From Cytophagales bacterium (GTDB taxonomy: Bacteria; Bacteroidota; Bacteroidia; Cytophagales; UBA9547), in contig JANRIG010000020.1 in the NCBI GenBank assembly GCA_033765235.1, forward strand, positions 155,934-219,933: a stretch of 64,000 nt of DNA. Direction: 5' to 3'. Numbering within the stretch: the stretch's first letter is position 1; each line of letters begins with the position of its first letter. A model generated the notes under the pieces. That model did no database searches. It had not been told where the DNA came from and worked only from the letters and a program-made list of their open reading frames with translations. A program made the translations under genes and the position numbers. Below, in pieces: positions 17,908 to 30,521 of this stretch.

Positions 17908-17927
17908 ATTATTATTACCTATAGTTT

Positions 17928-18398
17928 ATGACTACCGAGGAGGTAAAAAACATTGTTTTAGCAAATATTGATAATGAAAAGTACTTTTTGACAGACTTCA
18001 ACATAGTCAGAGTTAAAAATACACCTCATATCAAGCTTTCCATAGATACCGACCTTGGCATCACTATTGATGAGTGCGCACACATATCAAGAATATTAAA
18101 TAATATTTTTGCAAAAAATGACATTTATCCCGACGGATACGAGCTGCATGTGACCTCGCCGGGCATAGGTGAGCCACTCAAGATGGAGAGACAGTATCAT
18201 AAAAATGTAGGACGCAATATCAGGCTGATAACGATGGATAATGTGGTCATAGATGGCAAGCTTGAAGCAGTAACAGCAGATCAAGGCATTAATATTTTGG
18301 TTACAAAAACCAAAAAAGGCAAAATTATAGAACAAAAAAATACATATATACCCTTTAATAATATAAAAAAAACAGAAGTACTTATCTCATTTAATTAA
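17928..18398 (+). CDS. rimP: Ribosome maturation factor RimP
   Basis: Size, position directly before nusA, and the ...LEVTSPG-like HVTSPGIGEPL motif. Confidence 0.88.
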   Translation: MTTEEVKNIVLANIDNEKYFLTDFNIVRVKNTPHIKLSIDTDLGITIDECAHISRILNNIFAKNDIYPDGYELHVTSPGIGEPLKMERQYHKNVGRNIRLITMDNVVIDGKLEAVTADQGINILVTKTKKGKIIEQKNTYIPFNNIKKTEVLISFN

Positions 18399-18405
18399 TA
18401 TCACT

Positions 18406-19659
18406 ATGGATAATTTTAATTTAGTAGAATCATTCGCAGATTTTGCAAAACAAAAAGGCATAGACAGGCCTACCATGATGCGCATACTGGAAGACGTATT
18501 TCGCACGATGATAAAAAAACGTACTGAAGACGACTCTAACTTCTCTATCACCATCAATGTAGAAAAAGGCGACCTTGAGATATGGCGCACTCGTGAGATA
18601 GTATCACAAGACTTTGTAGAAGACAGCTTTGACTACAACCCCGAAAAACATATAAGTATAGATGATGCTCAAAAAGTAGACCCCGATTTTCAAGAAGGTG
18701 AAGAGTTTGCAGATGAGGTAAAAATAGAAGATTTTGGTCGCCGCATGATACAAACAGCCCGCCAGACGCTCATTCAAAAAGTAAAAGACCTTGAAAAAGA
18801 GCTTTTGCTTCAAAAGTACAAAGACATTGTGGGAGAGATGATTACCGCAGAAGTATATCAAATGCTTCCAAAAGAAATACTACTGGTAGATGCCAATGGC
18901 AATGAACTAATATTGCCCAAAAACGAACAAATACCCAAAGACCGATTTAAAAAAGGTGAAAACGTAAGAGCAATAATTAATAGGGTAGAAATGATAAATG
19001 GCAACCCTAAAATCATACTTTCCAGAGTATCACCCGTATTCCTTGAGCGACTGTTTGAAAATGAAGTACCTGAAGTATACGACGGACTTATCAATATCAA
19101 GAAAGTAGTACGTGAGCCGGGCGAGCGTGCCAAAGTAGCTGTAGAGTCATTTGACGACCGTATAGACCCTGTAGGAGCATGTGTGGGCATGAAAGGTTCG
19201 CGCATACACAGCATAGTGCGAGAGCTTAATAATGAAAATATAGATGTCATAAACTACACCGAAAATCTTGAACTCCTCATTAGCAGAGCACTATCTCCTG
19301 CCAAAATTGGCAGCATGAAAATTGACAAAGTCAATAGTAGAGTACAAGTCATGCTCAAGCCTGATCAAGTGTCGCTGGCAATTGGCAAAGGAGGTCAAAA
19401 CATAAAACTTGCCAGCAAACTCGTTGGTTATGAAATAGATGTATATCGCGAAAGTACTGAAGAAGAGGAAGAAGACGTAGATTTAGATGAATTTGTAGAC
19501 GAAATTGAAGGTTGGGTCATTGACGAACTCAAACGAATAGGTCTTGATACCGCCAAAAATGTACTCAAACTCACTACCGAAGACCTCCTCCGACGTACAG
19601 AATTAGAAGAAGAAACCATCAAAGAGGTGTTTGATATTTTAAGAAAAGAATTCGAGTAA
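18406..19659 (+). CDS. nusA: Transcription termination/antitermination factor NusA
   Basis: The S1 and tandem KH regions (RAKVAV...DPVGACVGMKGSRI, IGKGGQNIKLAS) are unmistakable. Confidence 0.95.
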   Translation: MDNFNLVESFADFAKQKGIDRPTMMRILEDVFRTMIKKRTEDDSNFSITINVEKGDLEIWRTREIVSQDFVEDSFDYNPEKHISIDDAQKVDPDFQEGEEFADEVKIEDFGRRMIQTARQTLIQKVKDLEKELLLQKYKDIVGEMITAEVYQMLPKEILLVDANGNELILPKNEQIPKDRFKKGENVRAIINRVEMINGNPKIILSRVSPVFLERLFENEVPEVYDGLINIKKVVREPGERAKVAVESFDDRIDPVGACVGMKGSRIHSIVRELNNENIDVINYTENLELLISRALSPAKIGSMKIDKVNSRVQVMLKPDQVSLAIGKGGQNIKLASKLVGYEIDVYRESTEEEEEDVDLDEFVDEIEGWVIDELKRIGLDTAKNVLKLTTEDLLRRTELEEETIKEVFDILRKEFE

Positions 19660-19699
19660 CAACACTTTTTGCTTTATTTGCAATATTAAGCCGTAATTA

Positions 19700-22426
19700 A
19701 TGTCTGAAGAAAAACAAGAAAGATTAAATAAAATAGTTGGGGAGTTGAATATTAAGCTTTCGAGAGCTGTAGAGTATCTCAATGCCAAAGGCTTTGCCAT
19801 TCGCAACGACCCCAACGTGAAAATCAGTGATGAGCAATACCGCCTGCTTGTCAAAGAGTTTGGCACAGATATTAAAGACAAAAAAGAAGCATCGGAGCGC
19901 AACATTGGCAACAATCTTAGAGACAATTTCATAATAGACTCCAACAAACCTGTAAAACCAAACAATGAGGGAGAAGTTAAGCAAAGTACACCGCCACCAC
20001 CTGTAGACAAACCTCAAAATGTGACAGACCCTATTGCAAGACCTCAAATAAAACTTGACGGACCCAAAATATTAGGCAAAATAGAACTTCCAAGTAAAAA
20101 GAATGATAATGTTTCAAAACCTAACCCTACACAACCTACCAAAGTAGTACAACCACCTCCCGCACCATTGCCACCTCCTCCTCCTGCAAAAAACATAGTA
20201 GAAGTAGAAGCACCCATTGCAGAGCCCCCAAAACCTGAAACCCCGGATATACCCGAAAAAGTAATAGAAGCAAAAGCAGATATGCTTAAAGGGCTTACTG
20301 TATTGGGCAAAATTGAGCTTTCGAGTGAAAAACCCCCTGTTAAAAAAGAAAATGGTTTTGCCAACAAAAATGCCAATGACGAAGCAGAAAAACGAAAAAG
20401 AAAAAGAATAAAAATACAGGGCAAGAGCGGTCACTCATTCCAGCCTGTATCCAAAGACCAACAAGGCTTTAAAAAAGATTTCAAAAAACAAAACGATAGC
20501 AAACCCGCAAAGGAAGAAATATCTGACAAAGACATACAAGACCAAATCAAAAACACATTGGCTAAGCTGAGTGGAAATAAAAACCAAGCTAGTCGTGCAA
20601 AATACAGAAAAGAAAAAAGATCGGCAGCAGCAGATGCCATGGATGAACAAATGCTGCAAGAGCAAGAAAACTCCAATGTGCTTAAAGTAACAGAGTTTAT
20701 TTCTGCTAATGATTTAGCATCGCTGATGAGTGTATCTGTAAATGAAGTTATAAAATCATGCCTCAGTCTGGGTATGTTTATCTCTATCAATCAGCGCCTT
20801 GATGCAGAGGCTATTAACTTCATCACCGAAGAGTTTGGCTTCAAGGTAGAATACATATCTGCCGAAGAAGAAATAGCTGTAGAAGATAATATAGATGCAC
20901 CCGAAGACTTGGAAGAACGCCCACCTATTGTCACTATCATGGGCCATGTGGACCACGGCAAAACATCACTGCTCGACTACATACGCAAAAGCAATATCAC
21001 ATCCAAAGAGGCCGGTGGCATTACCCAACATATAGGGGCCTACGATGTACTTACCGAAAGTGGTAAATATATCACATTCCTTGATACTCCGGGTCATGAA
21101 GCATTCACAGCCATGCGCGCCAGAGGTGCCAAAGTTACAGACGTTGTCATCATAGTGGTAGCTGCAGATGACGGAGTTATGCCCCAAACCAAAGAAGCCA
21201 TAAACCACGCGATGGTGGCAGGTGTGCCAATTATCATAGCCATAAACAAAATAGACAAACCTGCTGCTAACCCTGATAAGGTTAAGGAGCAGCTCTCACT
21301 CGAAAATATATTGGTAGAAGACTGGGGAGGCAAGTATCAATGTGAACATGTGTCGGCCAAGAGCGGAATGGGCGTAGCTGAATTATTAGACAAAGTGCTA
21401 TTGGAGGCAGAACTTTTAGAGCTTAAAGCCAATCCCCATCGCGATGCATCAGGCACAGTAATAGAAGCCTCATTAGACAAAGGCAAAGGCTATGTTACTA
21501 CACTGCTTGTGCAAACGGGCACCTTAAAAGTAGGCGATATAGTGCTTGCAGGGCAATACTATGGCAAAGTAAAAGCTATGGTAGACCACAAAGGCTCCAA
21601 AATGAAAAATGCAGGACCCGCAAAACCTGTACAGATATTAGGCTTACCGGGAGCACCACAAGCCGGCGACAAATTTAATGTGATGAACTCAGAGTCAGAG
21701 GCCAGAGAAATAGCGGTGAAGCGGGAGCAAATACACAGAGAGCAAGGCTTGCGTACACGCAAACACATCACCCTTGATGAGATAGGCAGAAGGCTTGCCA
21801 TAGGCAACTTTAAGCAGCTCAATATCATAGTAAAAGCAGACTTTGACGGCTCTGTAGAAGCCATATCAGACTCATTGCTCAAATTGTCAACCAAAGAAAT
21901 ACAAATAGCAGTCATTCATAAAGGAGTAGGTCAAATATCAGAGTCAGATGTGCTGTTGGCCACCGCATCCGATGCCATAGTAATAGGCTTCAATGTAAGA
22001 CCTTCCATAGGTGCTCGCAAGCTGGCAGACCAAGAAGAAATAGAAATACGCTTCTACTCTATTATTTATGATGCTATCAATGAAATAAAAGATGCCATGG
22101 AAGGCATGCTTGCCCCCACCATAGAAGAAGCAATAATAGGCACCGCAGACATCAAAGAAGTATTCAGAATATCCAAAGTGGGCAGTATAGCAGGATGTAT
22201 GGTACAAGAGGGCGTTATCAAACGTGCCAATGAGGTGCGCCTCATTAGAGATGGCATAGTGATATATACAGGTAAGCTGGGCTCGCTCAAGCGATTCAAA
22301 GAAGATACCGGCGAAGTAAAAGCAGGATTAGACTGTGGCATGTCTATTGACGGATACAATGATATTCAAGAAGGAGACATTATAGAGTCATTTGAAAAAC
22401 GCGAAATCAAGCGTAAACTAGCTTAA
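19700..22426 (+). CDS. infB: Translation initiation factor IF-2
   Basis: GTPase motifs [20 protein letters not shown] and NKID, with a long Pro/Lys-rich N-terminal region. Confidence 0.95.
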   Translation: MSEEKQERLNKIVGELNIKLSRAVEYLNAKGFAIRNDPNVKISDEQYRLLVKEFGTDIKDKKEASERNIGNNLRDNFIIDSNKPVKPNNEGEVKQSTPPPPVDKPQNVTDPIARPQIKLDGPKILGKIELPSKKNDNVSKPNPTQPTKVVQPPPAPLPPPPPAKNIVEVEAPIAEPPKPETPDIPEKVIEAKADMLKGLTVLGKIELSSEKPPVKKENGFANKNANDEAEKRKRKRIKIQGKSGHSFQPVSKDQQGFKKDFKKQNDSKPAKEEISDKDIQDQIKNTLAKLSGNKNQASRAKYRKEKRSAAADAMDEQMLQEQENSNVLKVTEFISANDLASLMSVSVNEVIKSCLSLGMFISINQRLDAEAINFITEEFGFKVEYISAEEEIAVEDNIDAPEDLEERPPIVTIMGHVDHGKTSLLDYIRKSNITSKEAGGITQHIGAYDVLTESGKYITFLDTPGHEAFTAMRARGAKVTDVVIIVVAADDGVMPQTKEAINHAMVAGVPIIIAINKIDKPAANPDKVKEQLSLENILVEDWGGKYQCEHVSAKSGMGVAELLDKVLLEAELLELKANPHRDASGTVIEASLDKGKGYVTTLLVQTGTLKVGDIVLAGQYYGKVKAMVDHKGSKMKNAGPAKPVQILGLPGAPQAGDKFNVMNSESEAREIAVKREQIHREQGLRTRKHITLDEIGRRLAIGNFKQLNIIVKADFDGSVEAISDSLLKLSTKEIQIAVIHKGVGQISESDVLLATASDAIVIGFNVRPSIGARKLADQEEIEIRFYSIIYDAINEIKDAMEGMLAPTIEEAIIGTADIKEVFRISKVGSIAGCMVQEGVIKRANEVRLIRDGIVIYTGKLGSLKRFKEDTGEVKAGLDCGMSIDGYNDIQEGDIIESFEKREIKRKLA

Positions 22427-22545
22427 TATTCAATATATTAATAATATGCAACAGCATATAATATTATGTGAATGAAATAATATTTTACTACACGTTGAAA
22501 ACTCATAACATTTACATCATAACATTGTACCGAAAATAATAAGGT

Positions 22546-23679
22546 ATGAAAATTTGGCTTAAGCGCAATCTTCAGGGCGACCCTATCATTTGGGCAGTAG
22601 CTATATTATTAGCACTTATCAGCATAGCTGCTGTATATTCATCGTCAGGAGCCATAGCAGTAAAAAAATTTGGAGGAAATACTGAGGCTCCTCTTTTCAA
22701 ACATATATTTTACATAGCCATCAGCTTTGCACTCATGTGGCTGGCACATAAGATAGATTACAGATATTATTCCCGACTATCATTATTTGCACTCATAGTA
22801 TCTGTGCCTTTATTGATAGCAGCCATATTCATAGGTACTAATATCAATGATGCCTCTCGGTGGCTTCGTGTACCCGGCTTGGGTATCACTTTCCAGCCGT
22901 CTGACCTTGCCAAGTTTGCACTTATAGCATACTTAAGTGCTATGCTGGCCAAAAAGCAGCAAGTGATAGCTGAGATGAAAGACATAGATGAGATCACTCG
23001 CACGCTTGTGCCCATGCTGGCTTGGTGCGGGCTCATAAGCGGGCTTATTATTTGGTCCAACGCATCTACAGGCATTGTACTTTTTAGTACTTGTATGCTG
23101 CTTTTATATATTGGCAGAGTACCCATGAAGTATCTTATGTTTTTGGCTTTCATAGGAATGTTTGTAGGCGGCATAGCTTTATTTAAGGGCGAACGCTGGA
23201 AAACATTTGTAAAACGTATTGAGGCAGTGAGCCAAAACGATCCTGACAAAATACCATTTCAACTACAACAATCTTACATAGCCATAGCTACAGGAGGTGT
23301 ATTGGGCAAAGGGCCCGGCAATAGTACACAGCGCAATTTCTTACCACATCCTTATTCTGATTTTATATTTGCCATCATATTAGAGGAATACGGTATTTGG
23401 GGTGGTATATTTGTACTATTTTTATTTTTGGTCTTGCTATACAGAGGCATGATGGCTGTGGCCAATAGTGAGCGGGCATTTGGCGGACTGCTATCGGCAG
23501 GTTTGAGCTTTATACTAGTCATACAAGCATTTGTGAATATGGGCGTAGCTGTAGGGCTTGGCCCTATTACAGGTTTGCCTCTACCGTTTGTAAGTATGGG
23601 TGGTACCAGCTTAGTATTCACAGGCATATCACTGGGCATCATACTCAGTGTGAGCAAAGGCGAGGTGGTAGAAGACTGA
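22546..23679 (+). CDS. SEDS-family peptidoglycan polymerase (FtsW/RodA/SpoVE)
   Basis: About 10 TM segments; RWL...GITFQPSDLAKFA and LPFVSMGGTS motifs. Confidence 0.85.
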   Translation: MKIWLKRNLQGDPIIWAVAILLALISIAAVYSSSGAIAVKKFGGNTEAPLFKHIFYIAISFALMWLAHKIDYRYYSRLSLFALIVSVPLLIAAIFIGTNINDASRWLRVPGLGITFQPSDLAKFALIAYLSAMLAKKQQVIAEMKDIDEITRTLVPMLAWCGLISGLIIWSNASTGIVLFSTCMLLLYIGRVPMKYLMFLAFIGMFVGGIALFKGERWKTFVKRIEAVSQNDPDKIPFQLQQSYIAIATGGVLGKGPGNSTQRNFLPHPYSDFIFAIILEEYGIWGGIFVLFLFLVLLYRGMMAVANSERAFGGLLSAGLSFILVIQAFVNMGVAVGLGPITGLPLPFVSMGGTSLVFTGISLGIILSVSKGEVVED

Positions 23680-23732
23680 CATTGCACTAAAAAATTTTAT
23701 ATTAACTTTGCAGCTGTCAATAATAGGTGATA

Positions 23733-24128
23733 ATGGAAAAAATAGACTATGAACCCGACTTTATAGATGGCAAGTACCTGGGTATCATAAGCCAAGATTT
23801 CATAAAGGTAGCAGACTATCTTAAAGAAAGCTCCTACCAAATCCGTAAACGAAATTTTTCTGAAATGCCTATATTTGCCGTGGGCAAATCAGAATTGGCC
23901 ATAGGCACGTTGCTTTACGGTAAATATGAATTTGAAAATGAGTGGAACTATTATGCCTCATTTGCAGAAGAGTTTTTACAAAGAAACCTTATATCCGAAG
24001 AAAAAATTACTGATTTTAAACAAACATACAAAAATCCTGACGAATATTGCTGCTTATTTGTAGTAGATGAGCAGTTTGTAAACTTTGTATTCATCCCCTA
24101 CCCCGACGATAGCAGCGCACCTGAATAA
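23733..24128 (+). CDS. Hypothetical cytoplasmic protein
   Basis: ORF with ATG at 23733. Its stop overlaps the lptB start (TAATG). No motif recognised. Confidence 0.45.
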   Translation: MEKIDYEPDFIDGKYLGIISQDFIKVADYLKESSYQIRKRNFSEMPIFAVGKSELAIGTLLYGKYEFENEWNYYASFAEEFLQRNLISEEKITDFKQTYKNPDEYCCLFVVDEQFVNFVFIPYPDDSSAPE

Positions 24129-24862
24129 TGGTATTGAGAGCAGAAAATTTATTTAAAAAATACAAATCGCGGTTGGTAGTGAATGATGTATCTTTTGAGG
24201 TGAATCAAGGTGAAATCATAGGTCTGTTAGGCCCTAATGGTGCCGGCAAAACTACCAGTTTTTACATTACCGTAGGGCTCATAAAGCCCAACTCAGGCAA
24301 AATATTTTTGGACAATGAGCAAATCACCCATTTGCCTATGTATAAAAGAGCGCAAAAAGGCATTGGTTATTTGGCTCAAGAGGCCTCTGTATTTAGAGAC
24401 CTTACCGTAGAAGACAACCTCATGGCAGTGCTGGAAATGACTACTTTGACAAAACAGCAACAATTAGAAAAAACAGAATCTTTGCTCGACGAATTTAGCC
24501 TCAAACATGTACGCAAAAACTTAGGCAAGGTGCTATCTGGTGGCGAAAGACGGCGCACTGAAATAGCACGAGCTCTTGCTACAAGTCCCAAGTTCATACT
24601 ACTTGATGAGCCTTTTGCAGGGGTAGACCCTATAGCTGTGGAGGAAATACAAAGTATAGTCTATAAACTCAAACAAAAAAATATTGGCATTCTCATCACT
24701 GACCACAATGTAGACGAAACTTTATCTATTACAGATAGAGCATATTTGCTCTATACAGGTAAAATATTAGAAAAAGGCACCCCCGAAGAGCTTGCCGCAA
24801 ATCCTGATGTAAGAAGGCTGTACTTGGGCAAAAATTTTGAATTAAAAAGAAAAAATAAATAA
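24128..24862 (+). CDS. lptB: LPS export ABC transporter ATP-binding protein LptB
   Basis: Walker [10 protein letters not shown], signature LSGGERRR, Walker B ILLDEP, and an LptB-type N-terminus/length. Confidence 0.9.
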   Translation: MVLRAENLFKKYKSRLVVNDVSFEVNQGEIIGLLGPNGAGKTTSFYITVGLIKPNSGKIFLDNEQITHLPMYKRAQKGIGYLAQEASVFRDLTVEDNLMAVLEMTTLTKQQQLEKTESLLDEFSLKHVRKNLGKVLSGGERRRTEIARALATSPKFILLDEPFAGVDPIAVEEIQSIVYKLKQKNIGILITDHNVDETLSITDRAYLLYTGKILEKGTPEELAANPDVRRLYLGKNFELKRKNK

Positions 24863-24870
24863 TAAGATAT

Positions 24871-26382
24871 TTGAGCTTACTGAATAATGTATTTAAATTT
24901 TTTCTCTCACAGCGCATACACGACATACAGCGGTTTATGGAAAACCCTCACGAATTCCAACACCTTATTTTCAAAGAAATCATCACCAAAGCCAAAAATA
25001 CTGAATGGGGCAAGGCTCACGGCTACCACGACGGGCTCACCTATCATGAATATAGGCAAAATGTACCTGTATCTACCTATGAAGACATATACCCCTATAT
25101 AGAGCGTATGCTGCGTGGCGAGCAAAACGTGCTATGGCCTGCCACTATTGATTGGTTTTCTAAGTCATCAGGCACTACCAACGACCGGAGCAAATTTATC
25201 CCTGTATCGCAAGAGGCAGTAGATGAGACACACCACAAAGCAGGCAAAGACATGATGTGCCTGTATGGCTATAGTTTTCCTGATACCAAAGTTTTTACAG
25301 GCAAGTCATTGTCCATAGGGGGCACACACTACACTAACCCATACAATCCTCAAAGCAGAGTGGGCGATGTATCGGCCATCATAGTAGAGCATTTGCCTAT
25401 GTGGGTAGAGTTTATAAGAGCTCCCGAAAAAGAAATATTTTTTATCCCCAAATGGGAAGACAAAATAAACAAAATGGTAGAGACTTGCATAGATGAAAAC
25501 ATAACCAGCCTTACAGGTGTACCCACATGGATGATAGTAGTGATTAATGAAGTACTGAAATCACAAAAAAAAACCAATATATTGGAGGTATGGCCTAATT
25601 TAGAATTGTTTATGCATGGTGCAGTAGCCTTTGGTCCCTACAAAAATCTGTTCAAAACATTGATACCATCTGACCAGTTCAACTATCTTGAGCTATACAA
25701 CGCTTCCGAAGGTTTTTTTGGCGTGCAAGACAGACCCTATGCAGATGATATGCTGCTCATGGTAGACCATGGAATATTTTATGAATTCATGCCATTACAC
25801 AATATAGGTAAGCCTTACCCTGACACACTCACCCTTGACAGAGTAGTGATAAATGAACCTTATGCGCTCATCATCACTACCAATGCCGGGCTGTACAGAT
25901 ATATGATTGGCGACACTGTAAAATTTACCTCTGTAAATCCATACCGTATCAAAATTACAGGACGCACCAAAAGTTTTATAAATGCATTTGGCGAAGAATT
26001 GGTGGTAGAAAATGCAGACCATGCAATAGCAGAGGCATGCCTTAAAACGGGTGCTGTCATCACAGATTACACCGCAGCACCTTGCTACTTTAGCACAAAT
26101 AACAACAAAGGCGGGCATGAATGGTTTATAGAGTTTGCTAAAATGCCCAATGATTTATTACATTTTACGAAGATATTAGACACATCACTTCGTGAAATAA
26201 ACTCTGACTATGATGCTAAAAGATATAACGATATGGCCTTACAACCTCCCAAAATTAATTCGGTACCCCAAAATACATTTTACAAATGGCTCAAAACCAA
26301 AAACAAACTTGGAGGGCAAAATAAAGTGCCACGCCTCTCCAACGACCGCAAAATAGCAGATGAATTGTTGGCAATAGTATAA
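24871..26382 (+). CDS. GH3 (auxin-responsive promoter / acyl-acid amido synthetase-like) family protein
   Basis: N-terminal ...FMENPHEFQ...; SSGTT; and ...YRYMIGDTV... motifs, at about 500 aa, as in bacterial GH3 homologues. Confidence 0.8.
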   Translation: MSLLNNVFKFFLSQRIHDIQRFMENPHEFQHLIFKEIITKAKNTEWGKAHGYHDGLTYHEYRQNVPVSTYEDIYPYIERMLRGEQNVLWPATIDWFSKSSGTTNDRSKFIPVSQEAVDETHHKAGKDMMCLYGYSFPDTKVFTGKSLSIGGTHYTNPYNPQSRVGDVSAIIVEHLPMWVEFIRAPEKEIFFIPKWEDKINKMVETCIDENITSLTGVPTWMIVVINEVLKSQKKTNILEVWPNLELFMHGAVAFGPYKNLFKTLIPSDQFNYLELYNASEGFFGVQDRPYADDMLLMVDHGIFYEFMPLHNIGKPYPDTLTLDRVVINEPYALIITTNAGLYRYMIGDTVKFTSVNPYRIKITGRTKSFINAFGEELVVENADHAIAEACLKTGAVITDYTAAPCYFSTNNNKGGHEWFIEFAKMPNDLLHFTKILDTSLREINSDYDAKRYNDMALQPPKINSVPQNTFYKWLKTKNKLGGQNKVPRLSNDRKIADELLAIV

Positions 26383-26515
26383 TTTTTCATAAAAAAAAGT
26401 TAAAGGGAGCAATGTGGTTAATATTGAATACTTTTATGGCAGCTATATCAGAATAGTGGTATCATGAATGAAACAAATTTGATGGTCTGTATAAAGTATG
26501 TTATAGAAATAAACT

Positions 26516-28171
<1,656 letters not shown>

Positions 28172-28289
28172 TTATACAATGATTAATATCTTTTGGGGTA
28201 TTGCCAAAAATATTTTTATAAATAAATTGACTGTTATTTGGAATTATTATAAATAACACGTATCATTGCCTAATCATTATCATAAAAAT

Positions 28290-28829
28290 ATGAAAACTAA
28301 TTGCACAAATCCCTCCAAAAATCCACCGTTGTATCTACTTATATTGATATGGATGCTATTCAATAGTTCTACTACTGACTATCCGGTACAACAGTATGAA
28401 CCCTATAAGCCCATATTAGTCACCCGCACGGTATTAGAGACTTCTATTAAAAATGCATCGCCCCGAGGCTTAAGCGAAATAGGTAAGTTTTATTTCAAAG
28501 ACAATATCATATTTATAGTAGAAAAATACAAAGGCATACATGTGATAAACAACAGCAACCCTGCAAAACCTGAAAACGTTACCTTTATTGTCATGCTTGG
28601 ATGCATAGATATCTGTATAAAAAACAATATACTATATGCCGATAATGCAGTGGACTTGGTAGGAGTAGATATAGCAGATATTTATCATGTAAAAGAGGTA
28701 TCCAGAGAACGCAATGTATTTCCTGAGCTCACCCCTCCTGATGGTTCTTACTATTATGCTAAAGACGGAAGACCCAAAAATACTGTAATTATACAATTTG
28801 TAAAAAACGATACCTATTATGAAAACTAA
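28290..28829 (+). CDS. Exported LVIVD-repeat-like beta-propeller fragment protein
   Basis: N-terminal hydrophobic segment LYLLILIWMLF. KGIHVINNSNPAKPENV... and LYADNAVDLVGVDIADI blades resemble LVIVD repeats. ATG at 28290 preferred to TTG at 28266. Confidence 0.5.
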   Translation: MKTNCTNPSKNPPLYLLILIWMLFNSSTTDYPVQQYEPYKPILVTRTVLETSIKNASPRGLSEIGKFYFKDNIIFIVEKYKGIHVINNSNPAKPENVTFIVMLGCIDICIKNNILYADNAVDLVGVDIADIYHVKEVSRERNVFPELTPPDGSYYYAKDGRPKNTVIIQFVKNDTYYEN

Positions 28830-29613
28830 CAAAATAAGCAATATCATCGCAGGTCTGCTGCTCATATTCATGCTATATACCTGCAGCACAGGCAAGGATA
28901 GCTCATCGCCAAACAATTACAGTACCGATGGCGGATATTCTATGGGGGTGGGCAAAGGAGGTTCACTGGCACGATTTACCATTAGCGGACAAGACAAAAA
29001 TTATTTATATGCTATCTTAAATAACAATTATAAAGTATTCAACATATCAGACGCTGCACAATCTGTGCTTGAAAGTGAGATAAATACCACCTCCAACTTA
29101 GAAACTATATTCCCGCTCAATGATACCGTACTACTATTTGGCACACAGACAGGAATGCTGATATACAACACCAAAAACTCATCAAACCCACAATTAATGT
29201 CAAACTATCAACATATATATAGTTGCGACCCTGTAGTAGCCAATGACAAATATGCATTTGTGACACTCAGGAGCGACAATTCATCGCGATGTGGACGAGG
29301 AAGAAACGAGCTGCAAGTAGTAGATATCACTAATTTATACAACCCAAAAATGGTGAAAAATTATGCAATGACATTCCCCAAAGGACTCGGACTACTGCCC
29401 GAAAATAGGCTTGCTGTGTGCGATGACGGACTTAAAATATTAGATGTCAGCAATTTGAACGATATTAAAGTACTCCATCATCAAAAAATATCTGCCAATG
29501 ACGTTATCCCATTGCAAAGCAGCTTGCTGGTGATAGCCTCCGGCGGATTGTATCAATATAAATATGAAAATAATAAACTCACCCTCATTAGCAACATTCC
29601 CGTAACATTATGA
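28819..29613 (+). CDS. LVIVD-repeat-like beta-propeller lipoprotein
   Basis: Lipoprotein signal LLLIFMLYTCSTG. GGSLARF, LQVVDITNLYNPKMV and GLKILDVSNLNDIKV blades. It overlaps the upstream ORF by 11 nt. Confidence 0.6.
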   Translation: MKTNKISNIIAGLLLIFMLYTCSTGKDSSSPNNYSTDGGYSMGVGKGGSLARFTISGQDKNYLYAILNNNYKVFNISDAAQSVLESEINTTSNLETIFPLNDTVLLFGTQTGMLIYNTKNSSNPQLMSNYQHIYSCDPVVANDKYAFVTLRSDNSSRCGRGRNELQVVDITNLYNPKMVKNYAMTFPKGLGLLPENRLAVCDDGLKILDVSNLNDIKVLHHQKISANDVIPLQSSLLVIASGGLYQYKYENNKLTLISNIPVTL

Positions 29614-30251
29614 ATAAGATAATAAGTACAATTATATTTGCATGGATATGCATTACACAATTATTACATGCACAAGACTCTACCCGCAAATGGTCTATAG
29701 CCATACTTCCTCAGCATGTCATTATCAGTGGGCTGCGCCTCGACTTAGAAAAACGATTTAACAACTCCATTCATGCCATTAATATTGCTAACCAACTATA
29801 CCTTGGCAAAAAAAATGATGGCAGAGAAGACTTATTGGGTGCCGGCATAGAAATAAGCCATAAAGTATTGATAGACAAGACAAAATCAAAAGTAGAAGGT
29901 AGTCGTGCAGTGGATTTTTTTTTCTCTTACGGTCCCGCTTACCACTATTTTGAGTTCAAATACAACTCCACAGGGTGGATAAATGATGAGATAGATGGCA
30001 CCCCTATCATCACACGAGGTACGGTAGTGCTCACAGATGACATACACAGGTTTAGTTTTGCATTCAGCCCCGGTATAGTAGCTTGGATGAGCAGCAAAGC
30101 CTACATAGAGTGCAGCATAGGTATGGGCATACGATACAGCAAAATTACACAAAGGGAAAAGGGCAAAAAATATATCAACAGCTTTTTAGACTACGGCTAC
30201 ACAGGTTTATATCCTGTGGTATTGGTAAAAGCAGGGTTTTTGCTGTTTTGA
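29610..30251 (+). CDS. Small outer-membrane beta-barrel-like protein
   Basis: Signal peptide ...QLLHAQD, alternating strand pattern, C-terminal ...VKAGFLLF (aromatic terminus). ATGA overlap with the upstream gene. Confidence 0.5.
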   Translation: MNKIISTIIFAWICITQLLHAQDSTRKWSIAILPQHVIISGLRLDLEKRFNNSIHAINIANQLYLGKKNDGREDLLGAGIEISHKVLIDKTKSKVEGSRAVDFFFSYGPAYHYFEFKYNSTGWINDEIDGTPIITRGTVVLTDDIHRFSFAFSPGIVAWMSSKAYIECSIGMGIRYSKITQREKGKKYINSFLDYGYTGLYPVVLVKAGFLLF

Positions 30252-30521
30252 TTGGGGTACCAAAAATAATTAACAAAAAAGTAACACTATATTATTACAC
30301 TTATATACGTGATGTATCATCCTTAATTATCACCAAAATCTTAAATATTGACAACTTTGCGTGAATTTAACAGCTATTATTATTACGCTTTAATAACACG
30401 CAGTGCTTTAGCATTATAAATATTCACAAGAAAATATCTCAAATTTTACGATTTTATGTTATAACTTTGTATAAAATTATATTATTCAAATAATAAATTT
30501 AATAATACTAAGTCATAATTA

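Noticed and set aside
19639-22359. Many 60-130-aa ORFs antisense to, or out of frame with, infB.
   Set aside because: They lie entirely inside a strongly supported conserved gene. Their low-complexity S/F/L-rich translations are typical of chance frames.
28266-29613. The two LVIVD-like ORFs, considered as one frameshifted gene.
   Set aside because: The second ORF begins with its own complete lipoprotein signal peptide (…LLLIFMLYTCSTG). Two genes are therefore more likely than a pseudogene, but this should be confirmed against orthologues.
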